From Paludibacteraceae bacterium (GTDB lineage Bacteria; Bacteroidota; Bacteroidia; Bacteroidales; Paludibacteraceae): DNA of 55,493 nucleotides. Within the stretch, counting starts at the first letter, position 1. Each line of letters opens with the position of its first letter. The translations under genes and the position numbers were made by a program. The notes under the pieces were generated by a model that was not told the origin of the DNA, did not search any database, and was given only the letters and a program-made list of their open reading frames with translations. The stretch spans positions 1 through 55,493 of the forward strand of contig JAFWAK010000091.1 in NCBI GenBank assembly GCA_017507715.1, given 5' to 3'. Of this stretch, positions 26,530 to 34,722 are shown one piece after another.

Positions 26530-27615
26530 ATGTTACTGCATATTCTTTCTTCGAGTCTCCATCAGGAGAAACTGACGCTGCCGTTTGAATTACCGCAGGC
26601 TTTTCTGGATGCAAACCAGGTAGTGGCGGTGTTGACGGGCGGCACAGAGTCGCAGTTCGTGCATCTGGTGGAAGAAGGTCTGATAGACCTGCATAAACCC
26701 GTTTATCTGATGGTCAGCGGGCATAGTAACTCGTTGGCAGCTTCGCTGGAGATACTCAGTTATATCCGTCAGCATAAGGGTGTAGGCAAGGTGATGATGA
26801 ATGCCAAGGATACTGACATTCCCGAGATAGCCAAGACGGCGCATCTGATTGTCACACCGGCTGAGGCGGTTATCAAGAGTCATGAGAAGATGCGTCTGGG
26901 CGTGGTAGGTATGCCGAGCGACTGGCTCATCTCCTCCGGTGTCAACTATACGGACGTGCTGAAGAAGATGAATATCGAACTGGTAGATATACCTATCAGC
27001 GAGATGACGTCTTTAGGTGAAGTGGACCCGGGTATGAAAGGCGCTGAGGCTATCTATGCACGACTCAAAGAACTCGTAACCAAGAATAACTTGCAAGGCG
27101 TCACGCTGCGTTGCTTCGACCTGCTGACGACCGTTAAGAACACCGGCTGTATTGCGCTCAGCAAACTCAATGATGAAGGTATTCCGGCATCTTGCGAAGG
27201 CGATATACCGACGCTGCTGACCATGATGGTATGCAAACGGCTAACCGGTGAGTTATGCTTCCAGGTCAACCCTGCGCGTATCCAGTCTGACGGCGAGATG
27301 CTCTTTGCCCACTGTACCTTGCCGCTCGGTATGACCGAGAAGCATGAATACACCACGCATTTCGAGTCCGGTATCGGTGTGGCTATTCACGGTGACCTGC
27401 CTACGGGCGATTACGCGCTCGTGAAGATGAGTGGTGATTTATCCCGTATGCTGGCTGTCGATGTGACGCTCGAGCGCTGTCAGTTCGAGGCCAACCTATG
27501 TCGTACGCAGGTATGGATTAAGGCGACTCCTCAAGTAGCGCAGTATTTCCTGACCAATCCTATTCATAACCATCATGTGCTCATCAAAGGGCATTATGCT
27601 GCGAAATTCAAATAA
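26530..27615 (+). CDS. L-fucose/L-arabinose isomerase-related protein, paralogue 2
   Basis: It aligns end to end with 25414..26502 (MRLGVVG, SLGEVDPGMKGAEAIY, GVTLRCFDL, KNTGCIA.SKLNDEGIPA.CEGDIP, MTEKHEYT.HFESGIGVAIHG, NHH.LIKGH.AAKF). The paralogue alignment favours ATG 26530 over 26503. Confidence 0.6.
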   Translation: MLLHILSSSLHQEKLTLPFELPQAFLDANQVVAVLTGGTESQFVHLVEEGLIDLHKPVYLMVSGHSNSLAASLEILSYIRQHKGVGKVMMNAKDTDIPEIAKTAHLIVTPAEAVIKSHEKMRLGVVGMPSDWLISSGVNYTDVLKKMNIELVDIPISEMTSLGEVDPGMKGAEAIYARLKELVTKNNLQGVTLRCFDLLTTVKNTGCIALSKLNDEGIPASCEGDIPTLLTMMVCKRLTGELCFQVNPARIQSDGEMLFAHCTLPLGMTEKHEYTTHFESGIGVAIHGDLPTGDYALVKMSGDLSRMLAVDVTLERCQFEANLCRTQVWIKATPQVAQYFLTNPIHNHHVLIKGHYAAKFK

Positions 27616-27652
27616 ATTCAACAATCAACAATAACAAATAACAAATCAAATT
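27616..27652 (+). repeat. Heptamer array filling the whole spacer (..AATCAAC AATAACA AATAACA AATCAAA..)
   Basis: Read directly between the TAA stop (27613-15) and the fba ATG (27653). Confidence 0.85.
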
Positions 27653-28654
27653 ATGGTATCTTACAAAGAATTAGGCCTTGTCAACACCCGTGAGATGTTT
27701 GCTAAGGCAATCAAGGGAGGTTATGCTATCCCTGCATTCAACTTCAACAACATGGAGCAACTCCAGGCTATCATCAAAGCAGCTGCTGAGACGAAGTCTC
27801 CGGTGATTCTCCAGGTATCGAAAGGTGCGCGTAACTACGCTAACCAAACGTTACTCCGCTACATGGCACAGGGTGCTGTAGAGTACGCTAAAGAACAGGG
27901 TTGGGAGAAGCCGCAGATCGTACTACACCTCGACCACGGTGATAGCTTCGAACTCTGCAAATCGTGCGTAGACTTCGGTTTCTCGAGCGTCATGATCGAT
28001 GCTTCTTCCCTTCCGTATGAAGAGAACATCGCGTTGACCAAGAAAGTGGTTGAGTACGCGCATAAGTACGATGTAACCGTAGAGGCTGAACTCGGTGTAT
28101 TGGCCGGTGTTGAGGACGAGGTTTCGTCGGCTGTCAGCCACTATACCAAGCCGGAAGAGGTAGTTGATTTCGCTACCCGTACGGGTTGTGATAGCTTAGC
28201 TATCTCCATCGGTACCAGCCACGGTGCATATAAGTTCACTCCGGAGCAGTGTACACGTGATCCGAAGACCGGTAAACTCGTTCCGCCGCCATTGGCATTC
28301 GATGTACTCGACGCTGTCATGGAGCAACTGCCGGGCTTCCCGATCGTACTGCACGGTTCGTCGTCCGTTCCGCAGGAGTATGTAGATATGATCAACTCGC
28401 TGGGTGGCAAGCTGCCTGACGCTATCGGTATTCCTGAGGAGCAACTGCGTCAAGCTGCCAAAAGCGCTGTATGTAAGATCAATATCGACTCCGACAGCCG
28501 TTTGGCATTCACTGCTGCTGTTCGTAAAGTCCTCACCGAGAAACCGGGTGAGTTTGACCCGCGTAAGTACTGCGGCGTAGCTCGTGACTTCATGGAGGAG
28601 CTCTACAAGCATAAGATTATTGACGTCCTCGGTTCGGACGGCAAAGCAGAGTAA
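27653..28654 (+). CDS. fba: Fructose-1,6-bisphosphate aldolase, class II
   Basis: LHLDHG, VMIDAS and LHGSSSVP motifs. 333 aa. Confidence 0.92.
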   Translation: MVSYKELGLVNTREMFAKAIKGGYAIPAFNFNNMEQLQAIIKAAAETKSPVILQVSKGARNYANQTLLRYMAQGAVEYAKEQGWEKPQIVLHLDHGDSFELCKSCVDFGFSSVMIDASSLPYEENIALTKKVVEYAHKYDVTVEAELGVLAGVEDEVSSAVSHYTKPEEVVDFATRTGCDSLAISIGTSHGAYKFTPEQCTRDPKTGKLVPPPLAFDVLDAVMEQLPGFPIVLHGSSSVPQEYVDMINSLGGKLPDAIGIPEEQLRQAAKSAVCKINIDSDSRLAFTAAVRKVLTEKPGEFDPRKYCGVARDFMEELYKHKIIDVLGSDGKAE

Positions 28655-28690
28655 ATCATAAATTTGAAATCATAAATTTGAAATCATTAA
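28654..28690 (+). repeat. Heptamer (14-nt super-unit) array AATCATA AATTTGA x2.5 filling the whole spacer
   Basis: aatcataaatttgaaatcataaatttgaaatcattaa, read directly from the fba stop to ATG 28691. Confidence 0.9.
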
Positions 28691-30187
28691 ATGGCTTTAC
28701 CGTTTATGACGGCTGAACAAGCCGCCGAATTGATTCAACATGGTGATGTCTTAGGCATGGGTGGTTTTACGGCTACCGGTGTGCCTAAGGCAGTACCTTT
28801 TGCACTCGCGCAGCGTGCAGAGAAACTGCATGAGCAGGGTATTCCTTTCCGCGTAGGACTGGAGACCGGTGCGTCTATGGGCGATAGTTGTGATGGTGCT
28901 TTGGCACGCGCACACGCCGTCGAGTTCCGTACGCCCTATCAGTCGAATAAGTCGATGCGTGAGGAGATCAATGCCGAGGGTACCCATTATTTCGATATGC
29001 ACCTGAGCCATATGGCGCAGGATATCCGCTATGGTTTCCTTCCCAAACCCAACTGGGCCATCATCGAGGCTTCGTATGTAGGTGAGGACGGAACGATTGT
29101 GCCGGCCGCAGGTATCGGTATAATGCCGACTATCTGCCGTTATGCGGATAAGATCATCATCGAGCTCAATGAGATGTTCCCTGCTGCTATGCGCGGCATG
29201 CATGATCTCTACGAACCGCTTGACCCGCCTCAGCGTCGCGAGATACCTATCTATAAACCTTCTGACCGCTGCGGCTCGGACCATATCAAGGTAGACCCGG
29301 CGAAGATTGCTGCTGTCGTCAAGACCAACCGTCCGAACGAGATTCCGGCTTTCACACCCGTAGATGCTGTCACGGCGAAGATAGGTGAGAACGTAGCCCT
29401 ATTCCTCGAGAAAGAGATGCACGAGGGTCGTATTCCGGCTTCCTTCCTGCCCATCCAGAGTGGAGTAGGCAACGTAGCGAATGCTGTACTTGGAGAACTG
29501 GGTAAGAACCCGCATATCCCGCCGTTTGAGATGTATTCCGAAGTGGTGCAGGACTCCGTGGTGGACCTCATCAAGGCAGGCCATTGTAAGTTCGCTTCCG
29601 GTTGCTCGCTGCGTCTCGTAGAGAGTAAGATGGCGGAAGTGCTGGCTGATTTGGATTTCTATCGTGACAAACTGTTGCTGCGTCCGCAGGAGACCTCCAA
29701 CAACCCTGAAATCATCCGTCGTTTAGGTCTGATTGCTATCAACACGGCGCTCGAGGCAGATATCTACGGCAACGTCAACTCGACGCATGTCACAGGTACG
29801 AAGATGATGAACGGTATCGGCGGTTCGGGTGATTTCGCTCGTAATGCGTATATCTCCATCTTCACCACCGCTTCGACGGCGAAGAACGGAGCTATCTCGT
29901 CTATCGTGCCGATGGTAACCCACCTCGACCATTCCGAGCACTCCGTTAAGGTGTTGGTAACCGAACAAGGTGTGGCTGACCTGCGTGGTAAGAGTCCGCG
30001 TCAGCGTGCGCAAGAGATCATCAACAACTGCGTCGCTCCGGAATATCGCGAGATGCTGCAGGATTATCTCAAGTACGCAAAGCACGGTCAGACACAGCAT
30101 AACCTCTCCCTCGCCTTCGCTATGCATGAGGAGTTCCTCAAGTCCGGCGATATGCGGAATACTAAGTGGGAGAATTATCTTCGTTAA
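28691..30187 (+). CDS. Acetyl-CoA hydrolase/transferase family protein (succinate/propionate-type CoA-transferase, ScpC/ASCT-like)
   Basis: 498 aa. The N-terminus resembles ScpC/Cat1 as recalled, and it has the GIGG.GDF motif (NGIGGSGDF). Confidence 0.82.
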   Translation: MALPFMTAEQAAELIQHGDVLGMGGFTATGVPKAVPFALAQRAEKLHEQGIPFRVGLETGASMGDSCDGALARAHAVEFRTPYQSNKSMREEINAEGTHYFDMHLSHMAQDIRYGFLPKPNWAIIEASYVGEDGTIVPAAGIGIMPTICRYADKIIIELNEMFPAAMRGMHDLYEPLDPPQRREIPIYKPSDRCGSDHIKVDPAKIAAVVKTNRPNEIPAFTPVDAVTAKIGENVALFLEKEMHEGRIPASFLPIQSGVGNVANAVLGELGKNPHIPPFEMYSEVVQDSVVDLIKAGHCKFASGCSLRLVESKMAEVLADLDFYRDKLLLRPQETSNNPEIIRRLGLIAINTALEADIYGNVNSTHVTGTKMMNGIGGSGDFARNAYISIFTTASTAKNGAISSIVPMVTHLDHSEHSVKVLVTEQGVADLRGKSPRQRAQEIINNCVAPEYREMLQDYLKYAKHGQTQHNLSLAFAMHEEFLKSGDMRNTKWENYLR

Positions 30188-30189
30188 GA

Positions 30190-30849
30190 ATGCGAACGAT
30201 ACGTCTCATAGTCTTTTTGGCTCTGTCCTGCGTTGTCTTCACGGCGCAGGCAGAGACCAAATGGGATTACATCAACCGGCATAATGAGATACGTGTCGGG
30301 TGGGGTGACCAACTCTTTGAGACGCTGATGTGGCATAACCCGACCTCCATCGTCAAGACCATGCCCGCTTCGTACCAACAGACCTATCACGAGAACTATA
30401 CGTACTACCAGCATCTCTGGCTCGAATACCAGTGGCGCTTCACACATTGGTTCTCCTTAGGAGGTATGGTGGACGGCAGTGGTGTCCGCTGGGACGATGT
30501 GACGCGGAATGGACAGGGTGACGAGATAGGAAGGGACCCTAACCATCATTTCTATAACATCGTCATCATGCCTACCATCCGTTTCACGTATTTCCACCAT
30601 GACTATGTAAACCTCTATTCGGGACTGGGTCTGGGCTTGGATATCAACGGAGGTACGGAGACGAATACGAAAGGCAAATTTATCGATGTCGGAGCGGCTG
30701 TTAACGTGACAGTCTTCGGCGTGAGTGCTAACTACGACCGATGGTTCATGACCGTCGACTTTGGAGGCATGACTGCGCTGAAGAATACCAATGTCATCTT
30801 CATGGCTTGTTCACGAATCATCAATGTAGGTATCGGTGCAAGGTTCTAA
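30190..30849 (+). CDS. Putative outer-membrane beta-barrel protein
   Basis: Signal peptide MRTIRLIVFLALSCVVFTAQA, alternating aromatic/Gly strands and a C-terminal Phe (GIGARF). Start trimmed to ATG 30190. Confidence 0.6.
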   Translation: MRTIRLIVFLALSCVVFTAQAETKWDYINRHNEIRVGWGDQLFETLMWHNPTSIVKTMPASYQQTYHENYTYYQHLWLEYQWRFTHWFSLGGMVDGSGVRWDDVTRNGQGDEIGRDPNHHFYNIVIMPTIRFTYFHHDYVNLYSGLGLGLDINGGTETNTKGKFIDVGAAVNVTVFGVSANYDRWFMTVDFGGMTALKNTNVIFMACSRIINVGIGARF

Positions 30850-30888
30850 ATGAAATTTAAAATATCAAATATAAAATTTCAAATAGCA
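30847..30888 (+). repeat. Heptamer array (AATTTAA AATATCA AATATAA AATTTCA AATAGCA) covering the lipase start codon and signal-peptide n-region
   Basis: Read directly. It is translated as MKFKISNIKFQIA. Confidence 0.8.
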
Positions 30889-32193
30889 CTATTTTTAATA
30901 GTGCCTTTCGCTACCTCCTGCCATTTCCATGAGGATGAGTTTGTGGACTTCGCCAATATAGAAGCGGCGAAAGGGATGGCTTTTCAGGTGATAGGTCAGC
31001 ATGAAACGGACCTCGAGCATGGTCTGCCAACTAACTGCTATTTGCCGGATGGAACGCCTGCATACGCCTATACCGGCGAACAGGACAGCGAAGGCGTGCA
31101 GCCGCGTAAGACCAGCAGTGTCACCGGTGCCGCCATCCTGCAGGAACTGCTTAAATACGGCAACCAGAATAAGGTGACGGAGATCGTCGGTACCTATCCG
31201 ACTATCAACCTTGACATGGATACCATCCGCCTGTCCGGTAAGGTCATGTTACCGCGCGGACAGAAACCCAAACGACTCATCCTTGTCAGCCATTATACCG
31301 TGTGCTCCAATGCCGAAGTGCCGTCTAACTGCTTCTCGCTCGAAGGCGTGCTCGTCAAGATGGGCTACGGACTGATCATACCCGACTATATGGGCTATGG
31401 CATCACCCGTGATTCCATTCACCCGTACCTCGTCATGGACCTTACGGCGCGCAATGTGCTCGATATGTATTTCGCTGTCAAACCCTGGCTCAAGGCCGTC
31501 GATAGAGAACCCGAACAGCCGGAGATCATGCTGATGGGCTATAGTCAGGGCGGCGCAAACACCATGGCCGTGGAGCATCTCATTGAGACCGAATACAGTT
31601 CGGACCTTGACCCCCGACAGGTGAAGATCCATCGCGTCTTCGCCGGAGGCGGACCCTATGACGTAAAAGCCACGTACGAGGGCTTTGTCAACACCGGGGT
31701 GGCCAGTTATCCTGTGGCCGTGCCGCTCGTCTTACAGGGCATGATTTTGGGCAATAAACTCGATTCTATCAAGATAGAGACCATGATGCAACCCTGGCTC
31801 GTAGAGCACCTCGACGAATGGGTCAATTCCAAGAAGTTCACCTCCGGCCAGATCAACCAACTGATAGGCACCAAGGTCACCAGCGAACTGCTCACGCCGA
31901 AGGCGATGGACCAGAAGTCCTGGGAGGTATCGGAACTGCAGAAAGCCATGGTGCAGAACTCTATCACCTCCTTCAACTGGATGCCGGAAGCGCCGGTCTA
32001 TATCCTCCATTCGATGGATGATGAGACCGTACCTTTCACCAATGCATCCAACGCCAAATCCAAGTGGCACTACTCCAATATCACGTATAACTTCGGTCAC
32101 TACGGCGGACATGTGCAGACCTGCCTGCGCTTCATCTACTCCGTCCAATCGCTCCTCAAGCAAGAAGAGGAAGAAAGGAGGCAGTATGAATAA
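30850..32193 (+). CDS. Alpha/beta-hydrolase lipoprotein (lipase/esterase-like)
   Basis: Lipobox FATSC, nucleophile elbow GYSQGG and a later HS.DD/His region. Confidence 0.7.
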   Translation: MKFKISNIKFQIALFLIVPFATSCHFHEDEFVDFANIEAAKGMAFQVIGQHETDLEHGLPTNCYLPDGTPAYAYTGEQDSEGVQPRKTSSVTGAAILQELLKYGNQNKVTEIVGTYPTINLDMDTIRLSGKVMLPRGQKPKRLILVSHYTVCSNAEVPSNCFSLEGVLVKMGYGLIIPDYMGYGITRDSIHPYLVMDLTARNVLDMYFAVKPWLKAVDREPEQPEIMLMGYSQGGANTMAVEHLIETEYSSDLDPRQVKIHRVFAGGGPYDVKATYEGFVNTGVASYPVAVPLVLQGMILGNKLDSIKIETMMQPWLVEHLDEWVNSKKFTSGQINQLIGTKVTSELLTPKAMDQKSWEVSELQKAMVQNSITSFNWMPEAPVYILHSMDDETVPFTNASNAKSKWHYSNITYNFGHYGGHVQTCLRFIYSVQSLLKQEEEERRQYE

Positions 32194-33097
32194 GATGCGG
32201 GTTGTCGGTTATCGGTTATGGGTGATGGGAGTGTTCGCGCTTTTAGCGCTTGCATGCAACCCGGACGCCAAGTATGCCACCAAGGATGTGGAGATCACCA
32301 TCACGCCGTATACTGTCTCGGCGGGTTATGTAGAGTGTTCGTTTGAGACCAATAAAGAAGCCTATTACCTCATCGACTGCGTGCCGGCGAAAGAAGGATA
32401 TGATCCCACCCAACCCGAGAACCAGAAGCCGTTCATGATGCTTGCGCTCGACTCTGCCAACTTCAAGTATCTCGAGTGGCGCCATTATCTGCTGCAGGAA
32501 GGAGAGACGAATATAGCGCCGTTTGCCAGCCATTGTCTGCAGTACGGCGATATAAACCATTTCTTCACACACCTCACGCCGAGTACCGACTATTGGATTT
32601 ATGCCTTTGCCGTAGACCCCGACAAACTGCAACCGGTCGGCAAACTGTATCTCAAGAAGATCACCACCACCCCCACCAGCGTTGTCGATGTGCGCTTCGA
32701 ATACCTCGTGCGCGGCTATTGGGATTATATCTACCCGCTCAATCCGGACGGCAAGATCAATAACCACTTCCCCTATTTCGCCGCTACGGTCGATAGCGCC
32801 TTCCTAGTAAACGAACTGGATAGTATAACGCCCGAAGAATACTTCACGGAACTCTTCACGGCATATGCCGAATCGAAGGTCTCGGAGTTTGTCCGCTATG
32901 GCGTGCAGGTGACCTATAACGACGGTATCGACTCCCACGAGGAGTTCCAGAAGGGAAATACCTATTATACCGCCATTGTCAGCTTTGACGGCTTCATCGG
33001 CAATAATGTCATCTATCGGTTCAACTGGACCGGAGAGGATTTCGAAAAACGATTTACGGATGAGGATTCAATTGTTTCTGACGGGGAAGACGACTGA
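32186..33097 (+). CDS. Hypothetical lipoprotein
   Basis: MNKMRVVGYRLWVMGVFALLALAC lipobox. Start trimmed from track ORF 32018 to ATG 32186, giving an 8-nt overlap with the lipase gene. Confidence 0.65.
   Translation: MNKMRVVGYRLWVMGVFALLALACNPDAKYATKDVEITITPYTVSAGYVECSFETNKEAYYLIDCVPAKEGYDPTQPENQKPFMMLALDSANFKYLEWRHYLLQEGETNIAPFASHCLQYGDINHFFTHLTPSTDYWIYAFAVDPDKLQPVGKLYLKKITTTPTSVVDVRFEYLVRGYWDYIYPLNPDGKINNHFPYFAATVDSAFLVNELDSITPEEYFTELFTAYAESKVSEFVRYGVQVTYNDGIDSHEEFQKGNTYYTAIVSFDGFIGNNVIYRFNWTGEDFEKRFTDEDSIVSDGEDD
32200..32227 (+). repeat. Heptamer array GGTTGTC GGTTATC GGTTATG GGTGATG in the lipoprotein signal peptide
   Basis: Read directly. It is translated as VVGYRLWVM. Confidence 0.85.
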
Positions 33098-33530
33098 CCC
33101 GCGTCTCGCAACCCTTATCGATGAATACCAGCAACGGCTCACACATTATGTGCCGTTTGAACTCGTTATCATTCCCGAGATTAAGAATGCCAAATCCCTC
33201 AGTCAGGACCAACTCAAGACGGCTGAAGGCGAAGCTATCCTCGCGCGCCTCACACCTGCTATGGATGTGCTCTTGCTCGATGAACACGGACGTGAGTTCC
33301 GGTCTATCGAGTATGCTGACTTTCTCCAGAAGAAGATGGCGTCCGGAAAGGACCTGGCGCTTGTCATCGGTGGCGCGTATGGTTTCAGCGAAGCCGTCTA
33401 TCAGCGTGCCAACGGCAAACTCTCACTCAGTCAGATGACTTTCTCCCACCAGATGGTTCGTCTCATGGCCATCGAGCAGTTGTATCGCGCCATGACCATC
33501 CTCCGCCACGAACCGTACCACCACGAATAA
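33060..33530 (+). CDS. rlmH: 23S rRNA (pseudouridine1915-N3)-methyltransferase RlmH
   Basis: 156 aa: MRIQLFLTGKT..., GGAYGFS, LSLS.MTFSHQMVRL...EQLYRA. Start trimmed to ATG 33060. Confidence 0.9.
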   Translation: MRIQLFLTGKTTDPRLATLIDEYQQRLTHYVPFELVIIPEIKNAKSLSQDQLKTAEGEAILARLTPAMDVLLLDEHGREFRSIEYADFLQKKMASGKDLALVIGGAYGFSEAVYQRANGKLSLSQMTFSHQMVRLMAIEQLYRAMTILRHEPYHHE

Positions 33531-33551
33531 AATTGCGAATTAGCAATAATC
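33531..33551 (+). repeat. Heptamer run AATTGCG AATTAGC AATAATC directly after the rlmH stop
   Basis: Read directly. Confidence 0.7.
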
Positions 33552-33633
33552 GTTATTATAAAGGTTATGAACTCCCGACATATTCTATGCTCGGGTCATA
33601 GCGCGAGTATGAATCACGTTCTCGAATAAATGC

Positions 33634-33669
33634 AAATCAAGCACCCATCGAATGATGAATGCTTGATTT
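33634..33669 (-). terminator. Hairpin downstream of tRNA-Pro (10-bp stem AAATCAAGCA/TGCTTGATTT)
   Basis: Perfect 10-bp inverted repeat. The U-tract after it is weak. Confidence 0.5.
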
Positions 33670-33672
33670 GTG

Positions 33673-33745
33673 TCGAGAAGAGGTGACTCGAACACCCGAC
33701 CCCTACGTCCCGAACGTAGTGCGCTACCAACTGCGCTACTTCTCG
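33673..33745 (-). tRNA. tRNA-Pro (anticodon CGG)
   Basis: Hand-folded: CGAGAAG-TA-GCGC-AGTTGGTA-GCGC-A-CTACG-TTCGGGA-CGTAG-GGGTC-GGGTG-TTCGAGT-CACCT-CTTCTCG-A. The C1:G72 pair is typical of bacterial tRNA-Pro. CCA is not encoded. Confidence 0.9.
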
Positions 33746-33825
33746 CTCGCTTTTGCTCGTTTCGATTATTGCTTTGCAATTTTCTCGAATCTCGATTATT
33801 CACTGGCGTAAATTTACTCGTTCTT

Positions 33826-33862
33826 GCAAAAGCGGGTGCAAAAGTACTGCTTTTTTTTGAAT
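33826..33862 (-). promoter_or_regulatory. tRNA-Pro promoter module, identical to the one upstream of tRNA-Met
   Basis: Minus strand reads TCAAAAAAAAGCAGTACTTTTGCACCCGCTTT, with the -7 box TActTTTG. Confidence 0.55.
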
Positions 33863-33933
33863 TGTGCAAATATTTAGCCAAAAAAAATTAAAAATGCTTG
33901 ATATTTTAGCGTTTTTATCTATTTTCTCGGCTT

Positions 33934-34452
33934 TCATCTTCCGGCTTTCTTGCTGAATATGCTACGGATGGCCTTCCATGCCATTTGTATCATGTTCGAG
34001 CAATGGTTTACTACCGCTTTCGCAAAGAGCAGGTGTCCGTTCATCCGTTCGCGTTGCACAGCTGCCATACCTTCGGCACGCGCCGTCTCGTATCGCAGAT
34101 CCTCACTGTTCTTCAGGCCGCTCAGCATACGTATGATAGGGTTCACAAACAGCACTTTGCTGCATGCAATCAGTACCGGAATAAGCATTAGATAGATGGC
34201 ACCGATAATCAAGCATGCCGCCCATGCGGGCACGTATTGCGCTAGGACGAAGACAGCCGCTACGGCACAGAAGGACAGCACAGCAAACGCCACTAAGATG
34301 AGGCATATCGTGAGTAGGAACGAACCCACCACGCGGCTTATCTTATCAATCGCCCGATAGCGAACAACGGCATATTCCGCTTTTGCATAGCTCTCTACTT
34401 CGGTCAGGATCTGCTCCTTTGCGTCCTGCATGTCATTCTTGGGATTGTCCAT
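33934..34452 (-). CDS. Two-TM membrane protein (Holin-X/DUF1469-like), partner of YtxH
   Basis: 172 aa with a central pair of hydrophobic helices. It overlaps the upstream YtxH-like gene by 20 nt. Confidence 0.55.
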   Translation of the reverse strand: MDNPKNDMQDAKEQILTEVESYAKAEYAVVRYRAIDKISRVVGSFLLTICLILVAFAVLSFCAVAAVFVLAQYVPAWAACLIIGAIYLMLIPVLIACSKVLFVNPIIRMLSGLKNSEDLRYETARAEGMAAVQRERMNGHLLFAKAVVNHCSNMIQMAWKAIRSIFSKKAGR

Positions 34453-34642
34453 TGTCGGCCTCCATTTCTTGTTTCACTTTCTCACAGCATTCATGCACTT
34501 TATCCTTGGCCTGCTCGGCGAGGTCGAGCAGTTCGCTACGTACCTCTTTACCGGAATCAGACATGAGCCATATTACTCCAGCTGCTCCAACGGCTGCGCC
34601 TGCCGCAAAGACAAGTGCGCCTTTAATCAGTTTGTCAAACAT
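34433..34642 (-). CDS. YtxH-domain protein
   Basis: 69 aa: an N-terminal Gly/Ala-rich TM segment (GALVFAAGAAVGAAGV) followed by a charged helix. Confidence 0.6.
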   Translation of the reverse strand: MFDKLIKGALVFAAGAAVGAAGVIWLMSDSGKEVRSELLDLAEQAKDKVHECCEKVKQEMEADNGQSQE

Positions 34643-34722
34643 AATGTATTCGGATTTTAGATATGCGATGCAAAAGTACTACAATTTTCTGACATATGCA
34701 AATTTTCTAACAGAAAATGCCA

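Noticed and set aside
27616-28690. Whether the short periodic arrays could be a CRISPR array or a degenerate one.
   Set aside because: The units are 7 nt and contiguous with no spacers. The arrays are 20-63 nt long and scattered, and there are no cas genes in the window.
32018-32185. N-terminal extensions proposed by the ORF track. Cases: 32018 for the lipoprotein, 1339 for DdpX, 2303 for MreB, 7893 for YraN, 13876 for TonB-C, 24865 for GtrA, 30166 for the outer membrane protein, 32976 for RlmH, 36026 for MarR, 37620 for Dtd, 47737 for IorA and 51146 for the CoA-transferase.
   Set aside because: The extensions overlap the preceding gene or a promoter and encode non-homologous, Arg/Ser-rich sequence. 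Internal ATGs give canonical N-termini (signal peptides or family-typical starts).
33585-33891. Track ORFs 33585..33881(-) and 33670..33891(+).
   Set aside because: They overlap tRNA-Pro plus its promoter and terminator. The translations are low complexity.
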